From an uncultured Turicimonas sp. (GTDB taxonomy: Bacteria > Pseudomonadota > Gammaproteobacteria > Burkholderiales > Burkholderiaceae_F): DNA of 64,000 nucleotides. The DNA lies in NCBI GenBank assembly GCA_947854175.1, contig CANTYJ010000071.1:2010-66009 (forward strand), given 5' to 3'. Position 1 is the first letter of the stretch. Every line of letters begins with the position of its first letter. Of this stretch, positions 59,002 to 64,000 are shown in pieces. The notes under the pieces are model-generated. The model saw only the letters and a list, made by a program, of their open reading frames with translations, was not told the origin of the DNA and ran no database searches. The translations under genes were made by a program, and so were the position numbers.

Positions 59002-59465
59002 GAAGACTTAAAATTGCAGTAAGTGCTTGCTTACTTGGTGATAACGTCCGTTATGACGGACAATCAAAGCAATGTGAGCAGGTTGTAAATTTATGCTCTC
59101 TAGATGATATTGAAGTTTTGAAAATCTGCCCTGAAATGTCAGGCGGCCTTCCTTGCCCGAGAGAACCTTCAGAAATTGAAAAGAAAACTTTCAGGATTTA
59201 TTCTTCTTCGGGAAAAGATGTAACCAATCAGTTCAATACAGGCGCTCAGCGCACCTTAAAATATTGTCTTAACAACAAAGTTACTTTTGCTGTTTTAAAA
59301 TCCAACAGTCCCTCGTGTGGAAAAAATCACGTTTATGACGGAAGTTTTTCAGGAACGTTAGTTGAAGGTTCCGGAGTAACAGCCAAACTTTTGCAAGAAA
59401 ACGGAATACAAGTTTTTGATGAAACGGAAGTAGAGGAACTTCTAAAAATATTAAGTAAAGAATAG
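58998..59465 (+). CDS. DUF523 family protein (YbbK / thiouracil desulfurase TudS-like)
   Basis: 155 aa. Signature [17 protein letters not shown] plus the later SPSCG cysteine motif. Confidence 0.65.
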   Translation: MRRLKIAVSACLLGDNVRYDGQSKQCEQVVNLCSLDDIEVLKICPEMSGGLPCPREPSEIEKKTFRIYSSSGKDVTNQFNTGAQRTLKYCLNNKVTFAVLKSNSPSCGKNHVYDGSFSGTLVEGSGVTAKLLQENGIQVFDETEVEELLKILSKE

Positions 59466-59473
59466 GAAATAAA

Positions 59474-60568
59474 ATGGGTTTGAAATGTGGAATTGTAGGT
59501 TTACCAAACGTCGGTAAATCTACTCTTTTTAATGCGTTAACGAAAGCCGGGATTGCCGCAGAAAACTACCCCTTCTGCACTATTGAACCAAATGTAGGTA
59601 TTGTTGAAGTTCCTGACCCCCGGTTAGCTAAATTAGCTGAAGTCGTTCATCCCCAAAAAATTATTCCGGCCACTGTTGAATTTGTTGATATTGCAGGATT
59701 GGTTGCCGGAGCCAGTCAAGGCGAAGGCCTGGGAAACAAGTTCCTGGCCAACATCCGTGAATGTGATGCGATTGCCCATATCGTCAGATGCTTCGAAGAT
59801 CCGAACATCACGCACGTTGCCAATCATGTAAATCCGTTAGAAGATATTGAAGTTATCAATACTGAATTGGCTCTTGCTGATTTAGCAACTGTTGAAAAAC
59901 AATTGGCCAAGTATTCCAAACAAGCTCGTTCAGGCGGTGACAAAGAAGCATTGAAACTGGTTAAAGTCTTAGAAAAATTACAACCGGCTTTGAATGAAAA
60001 TATGCCGGCAAGAAGCGTTGATCTCTCTGACGACGAAAAGGAAACCATTAAAGGCTTATTCCTTTTGACAATGAAACCGACCATGTATGTTGCTAATGTC
60101 GAAGAAGGTGGTTTTGATAACAATCCATTATTGGAACAGGTCAAAGAACATGCTGCAAAAGAAAACTCCATTGTCGTTGCAGTCTGTGCAAAAGTTGAAG
60201 CTGAAATCTCTGATCTTCCGTTAGAAGATAAGCTTATTTTCTTAGAAGATTTAGGAATGGAAGAGCCGGGATTGGATAGAGTCATTAGAGCGGCTTATCA
60301 ATTATTAGGTTTGCAGACTTATTTCACTGCCGGAGAAAAAGAAGTCCGGGCCTGGACAATTCACATCGGCGATCTTGCTCCACAAGCTGCCGGTGTCATC
60401 CACACTGATTTTGAAAGAGGTTTCATCAGAGCTCAAACAATCAGCTATGATGATTACATCAAGTTTAAAGGCGAAAACGGAGCCAAAGAAGCTGGAAAAT
60501 TAAGAGTTGAAGGAAAGGATTACGTTGTCCAGGACGGAGACGTAATGAACTTCTTATTTAATGTGTAA
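59474..60568 (+). CDS. ychF: Ribosome-binding ATPase YchF
   Basis: 364 aa. Motifs [23 protein letters not shown], and the C-terminal TGS-like [12 protein letters not shown]. Confidence 0.93.
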   Translation: MGLKCGIVGLPNVGKSTLFNALTKAGIAAENYPFCTIEPNVGIVEVPDPRLAKLAEVVHPQKIIPATVEFVDIAGLVAGASQGEGLGNKFLANIRECDAIAHIVRCFEDPNITHVANHVNPLEDIEVINTELALADLATVEKQLAKYSKQARSGGDKEALKLVKVLEKLQPALNENMPARSVDLSDDEKETIKGLFLLTMKPTMYVANVEEGGFDNNPLLEQVKEHAAKENSIVVAVCAKVEAEISDLPLEDKLIFLEDLGMEEPGLDRVIRAAYQLLGLQTYFTAGEKEVRAWTIHIGDLAPQAAGVIHTDFERGFIRAQTISYDDYIKFKGENGAKEAGKLRVEGKDYVVQDGDVMNFLFNV

Positions 60569-60576
60569 AGGATAAT

Positions 60577-60960
60577 ATGGCGCTAACAAGCACCAAACAG
60601 AAAAAAGAAATTGGCGAACGTCTGAAGTTTGAGAGGGAGCGTCTTGGCTACTCTGAACTTCAGATAGCTCAACTTCTCGGAATCCCTCTTGAAACCTATC
60701 AGCGGTTTGAAGCGGGAGAAGCTGATCCCGGCATTTTCAGAATGCCCAGACTCTTTGCTATCGGCTTTGACATTCTTTTTATTATTGCCGATGAACGTCA
60801 TATTCCCGGGGTGGAAGAGGACGTTTTGCTAAAGAAATTCAGAACCCTTTCTTTGAGAGGAAAAGCCTCTGTTTTCAACACGATTGATGCATTAGAAAGA
60901 CTCGGTCCGAACATCAAACGTAAAATTAGAAACGCCACGAGAAACAGTGACAATTCTTAA
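60577..60960 (+). CDS. XRE-family helix-turn-helix protein
   Basis: 127 aa. IGERLKFERERLGYSELQIAQLLGIPLETYQRFEAGE is a Cro/C1-type HTH. Confidence 0.6.
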   Translation: MALTSTKQKKEIGERLKFERERLGYSELQIAQLLGIPLETYQRFEAGEADPGIFRMPRLFAIGFDILFIIADERHIPGVEEDVLLKKFRTLSLRGKASVFNTIDALERLGPNIKRKIRNATRNSDNS

Positions 60961-61033
60961 GATTCCTCTCTAAGCGATTTGGCTACTTAACTGTGATTCC
61001 GACATAAAAGTCTTCTATCAGGAGCAAATCAAA

Positions 61034-61978
61034 ATGACTAAATCTCCGGCGGATATCTCTAGAATGAATTTAGAACATTTGAAGACTTTTCATGTTGTAG
61101 CCAGTCTCGGCAGTTTTACCGAAGCAGCCAAAGTTTTATTCCTTTCGCAGCCGGCGGTTTCCCAGCAAATCCAAGGTCTGGAATACGCTCTAAAAAATCC
61201 TCTGTTTGATCGTGGAAGAAGACAAATTAAACTGACTGCCAGAGGAAAAATATTATTTAGTCATACCCAAAGACTTTTTGGAATTTTTAAAGAGATAGAA
61301 AACGTATTTAACGATCTTAACCATCTTCAGACCGGTGAGATTACGTTAGCCGCCAGTGCGGTAATGGGAAATTATTTTCTTCCCACAATCATTTCTGAAT
61401 TCTCTAAAACTTATCCTCTCGTTTCAATTCGCCTGGAAATGGGAGATTCCTCGTACGTTACAGGCCTCGTGGAAAAAGGTTCAGCTGATTTGGTTTTAAG
61501 CAGGCACATTGAAAACCTAAAAAGTTGCAGACAAGAGTTATTTTCTAAAGAGCCATATGTCTGTGTATGCTCACCTTCGTCCCCGTTTGCCACTACGAGC
61601 AAATCTATCAGTCCCGAAGAATTTGCAAAAAACTACCTCGTATTACGACAACGGGGAAGCCGAATGAGATCTAAACTTGAGGAATGGTTTAAACAAGTAG
61701 GAGCCTTTGAGGCCTTATCGGCACCATTAATTGAGGTCAATAGTCTAGAAAGCTCCAAACAATTAATACAGAAGGGATTGGGTCTAGCCGCTTTTCCACG
61801 TATCGCTGTTAAAGAAGAGCTGAAACAGGAAAAACTTATTGAGGTTCACGTTAGAGAATTTTCAGTGACCGCGGATTATTATCTTGGAACTAATCCTAAT
61901 CAAGACCTATCTCCTGCTGCTTTTAAATTTATATCCTTATTGAAGACGAACAAAAGTTGTAATTTGGCTGAAGCATAA
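61034..61978 (+). CDS. LysR-family transcriptional regulator
   Basis: 314 aa. MNLEHLKTFHVVASLGSFTEAAKVLFLSQPAVSQQIQGLE (probable true start ATG 61064) plus a type-2 PBP effector domain. Confidence 0.85.
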   Translation: MTKSPADISRMNLEHLKTFHVVASLGSFTEAAKVLFLSQPAVSQQIQGLEYALKNPLFDRGRRQIKLTARGKILFSHTQRLFGIFKEIENVFNDLNHLQTGEITLAASAVMGNYFLPTIISEFSKTYPLVSIRLEMGDSSYVTGLVEKGSADLVLSRHIENLKSCRQELFSKEPYVCVCSPSSPFATTSKSISPEEFAKNYLVLRQRGSRMRSKLEEWFKQVGAFEALSAPLIEVNSLESSKQLIQKGLGLAAFPRIAVKEELKQEKLIEVHVREFSVTADYYLGTNPNQDLSPAAFKFISLLKTNKSCNLAEA

Positions 61979-62089
61979 GTACAGCTTATGAGTTCTATAG
62001 GATTTAATAATTTTTCTTTTCTTTCCCAAAAGCTCACAATTTCTCTCAATGAATAAATAGTGATCCAAAAAATTCTTAAGGAGTAAATC

Positions 62090-62563
62090 GTGTCCAAAGA
62101 AATTGAAAGAAAATTTTTAGTTATCGGTGACGATTGGCGCAAAGGTGCGGTCGGTACTTTATATCGTCAAGGATATCTAAACAGTGCTAAAGAAAGAACT
62201 GTTCGTATCCGCACAATTGATGACAAGGCATTCATGACTGTCAAAGGTTTGACTATCGGCTGTACACGCATTGAATTTGAATACGAAATTCCCCACGCCG
62301 ACTGCGTCAAGATGTTAGATGAGTTAGCCGAAAAACCAATTATTGAAAAAACACGTTATAAAATTTCGGCCGGTAACGGCCTAACTTGGGAAATTGACGA
62401 ATTTCATGGCGTCAATGAAGGTTTAGTCGTTGCTGAAATAGAACTGCCTTCTGAAGATACTGACTTCCAAAAACCAAACTGGATTGGAGAGGAAGTTTCT
62501 TCAGATCCTCGTTATTTCAATTCCAATTTAGTAACCAACCCGTTTACTACTTGGAATAAATAG
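62090..62563 (+). CDS. CYTH-domain protein (triphosphate tunnel metalloenzyme / CyaB-ThTPase family)
   Basis: 157 aa. GTG start with AAGGAG upstream. Motifs EIERKFLV (ExExK), RIR, TVKG, EFEYEI, WEIDEF, VAEIEL. Confidence 0.8.
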   Translation: MSKEIERKFLVIGDDWRKGAVGTLYRQGYLNSAKERTVRIRTIDDKAFMTVKGLTIGCTRIEFEYEIPHADCVKMLDELAEKPIIEKTRYKISAGNGLTWEIDEFHGVNEGLVVAEIELPSEDTDFQKPNWIGEEVSSDPRYFNSNLVTNPFTTWNK

Positions 62564-62572
62564 GAGGAGAAC

Positions 62573-63211
62573 ATGGCAAATCCATACGACAAAAACCAGG
62601 CAATCAGCGCCAAAGAAGCTTCCAAAATCGTGCCACGCGCTGAATTCAGAGTATTCGGAAAAGACATCATCAAATCTGTTCAGGAACATATGTGGCAGTG
62701 TAAAGCGACTCTTTTCGCAGCTCGCGTAATGCCGGCAGAAACTTATTTTCTTTCCCGCAATACCAACGATGCCAACGTGAAAGTCCGAGATGGTTTACTT
62801 GATATCAAGACAAAAGTCGGCGAAACACCGGAAGGTTATGAAATTTTCCAACCAAGAGGAAAATTCCAATTTCCGGTCAAGAAAGAAGAGCTCGAAGAAA
62901 TCTTATCTCATTTAAAAGTTTCCATGAAACTGGATGAAGACTCTTATTCTTTGGAAGAGTTCATCGAAATGGCTAGAAAGACTAATGAGCTTTCTGTCGT
63001 TCAAGTCGAAAAGAAACGGTTCGGCTTTTCAGTCAACGGCGTAATTTGTGAGTATGCAAAGGTCTGGTTTAACGGTGCCATGGTCGAAACAGCCTGTTGT
63101 GAAAGTGAAAATTACGAAAATATGAAAGCCGCGACAACAGCACTTGGTATCTCAGAATTGCCTAATACAAACTATCTCAAGGCCGCGAAAAAAGTGCTTG
63201 GGATGTTATAG
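62573..63211 (+). CDS. Hypothetical protein, divergent CYTH-like (by-eye strand pattern only)
   Basis: 212 aa, 9 nt after the CYTH gene, AGGAGGAG RBS. RAEFRVFG / VKVRDGLLDIKTKV / KFQFPV / VEKKRFGF...ICEYAKVWFNGAMVETACCES parallels the CYTH strand order, but several acidic or basic catalytic positions are replaced. Confidence 0.35.
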   Translation: MANPYDKNQAISAKEASKIVPRAEFRVFGKDIIKSVQEHMWQCKATLFAARVMPAETYFLSRNTNDANVKVRDGLLDIKTKVGETPEGYEIFQPRGKFQFPVKKEELEEILSHLKVSMKLDEDSYSLEEFIEMARKTNELSVVQVEKKRFGFSVNGVICEYAKVWFNGAMVETACCESENYENMKAATTALGISELPNTNYLKAAKKVLGML

Positions 63212-63241
63212 GCATTCCTAGCTCTGTTGGATTACAAAAGG

Positions 63242-63262
63242 ATGGCGGTTAAAGACCGCCAT
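63242..63262 (+). terminator. Hairpin after the CYTH-like gene
   Basis: ATGGCGGT/ACCGCCAT 8-bp stem, TAAAG loop. No clear T-run. Confidence 0.4.
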
Positions 63263-63269
63263 AAAGATT

Positions 63270-64000
63270 ATGACAACAAATGCAACCCAGCAAAAATTTG
63301 ATCCTCTCGATCTAAATTCCTACTCTTTAAACCAGCTTCCAAAAAAGAAATTAACCAAGACCGGGGAGTTTTTTAAATCTTGGGGGATACCGATAGCAGC
63401 TGCTCTTTTTGTGGTCTTGGCATACTTTGTTCAATTTCCGATATTGAATGAAAAACAGCAAATAATGTTTGCTCTATTTGCTACAGCATTATTTCTTTGG
63501 ATTAGTGAAACGTTACCGAACTACGTAACCTCCATGCTACTTATCTGTGGCTTGGTTCTGACTGGTATTGTTAAGGCCAAACCGGCCATGGCTACCTTAG
63601 GTGATCCGGTTATTTGGTTGAACGTAGCTGCATTTATTCTTGCAAGCGCATTAGTTAAAACACAACTAGTTAAACGTGTAGCGTTGTGGCTCATTCTCCG
63701 TTTCGGAAAAAACGCTTCGGCAATATTCTTAACTTTTCTAGGAATTAATGTCATATTGGCAGCCTTTATTAATGCGACCGCCGCCAAGGCAGCTTTGATG
63801 ATGCCATTATTTATGGTTATTTCCGCTGTCTATGGAGCACCGGGTACTGATAAAACAAACAATTTCTCAAGAAATCTTGTTCTTTATAACCTGGTTATGA
63901 TCAATGCTAGCTGTAATGCCTTTATGACCGGTTCAGGAGCCAATCTTCTTGCCATAGCATTGCTTGCAGGAGCCGGCTGCACTATTTACTACTTTGACTG
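63270..64000 (+). CDS. DASS/SLC13-family anion:sodium symporter, N-terminal part (continues beyond window)
   Basis: Own translation: MTTNATQQKFDPL...ALFATALFLWISETLPNYVTSMLLICGLVL...GDPVIWLNVAAFILASALVKTQL...RFGKNAS. Typical DASS N-terminal half. No stop before the window end, so it is absent from the ORF track. Confidence 0.72.
   Translation, partial: MTTNATQQKFDPLDLNSYSLNQLPKKKLTKTGEFFKSWGIPIAAALFVVLAYFVQFPILNEKQQIMFALFATALFLWISETLPNYVTSMLLICGLVLTGIVKAKPAMATLGDPVIWLNVAAFILASALVKTQLVKRVALWLILRFGKNASAIFLTFLGINVILAAFINATAAKAALMMPLFMVISAVYGAPGTDKTNNFSRNLVLYNLVMINASCNAFMTGSGANLLAIALLAGAGCTIYYFD

Overview
This 64-kb window reads as a mostly core chromosomal segment of a moderately AT-rich Gram-negative bacterium. 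Gene order alone suggests a betaproteobacterium (Burkholderiales, possibly a gut Sutterellaceae-like organism); I ran no search, so this is inference. Conserved strings: def / fmt-rsmB-DUF4390-ntrY-ntrX-trkA-trkH; EIIA(Man)-ptsH-ptsI; TPR-lolB-ispE-tRNA-Gln-prs-rplY-(deaD)-pth-(DUF523)-ychF. Also present: glnK-amtB behind a sigma54-type promoter, aapJQM, cbpA-cbpM, ahpC, topB, cysK, pyrE, xth, rsuA and ampG. I can support about 60 protein-coding genes, 3 pseudogenes, 1 tRNA and about a dozen hairpin terminators. I saw no rRNA, CRISPR array, transposase or integrase. Accessory or unusual content sits in small islets. (1) A 21-codon ORF with 5 Cys codons among its last 8 lies 108 nt upstream of cysK; it is a candidate Cys-sensing leader peptide and my top finding. 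(2) An intact Panacea/DUF4065 (PanA/SocA-like) antitoxin gene is followed by an unrecognisable ORF in an ORF-poor islet. (3) An AbiEii/DUF1814-like nucleotidyltransferase is split by a frameshift in an A6 run; its unknown upstream partner appears to carry two compensating frameshifts. (4) A heavily decayed MNT/HEPN (HI0073/HI0074-type) pair. (5) Two paralogous Tat-signal flavoprotein reductases flank a two-component system. (6) A stand-alone SWIM-SNF2 giant ATPase. (7) A canonical CYTH gene is followed by a degenerate CYTH-like gene. All functional calls come from motif recognition by eye in the supplied translations; no database search was run.
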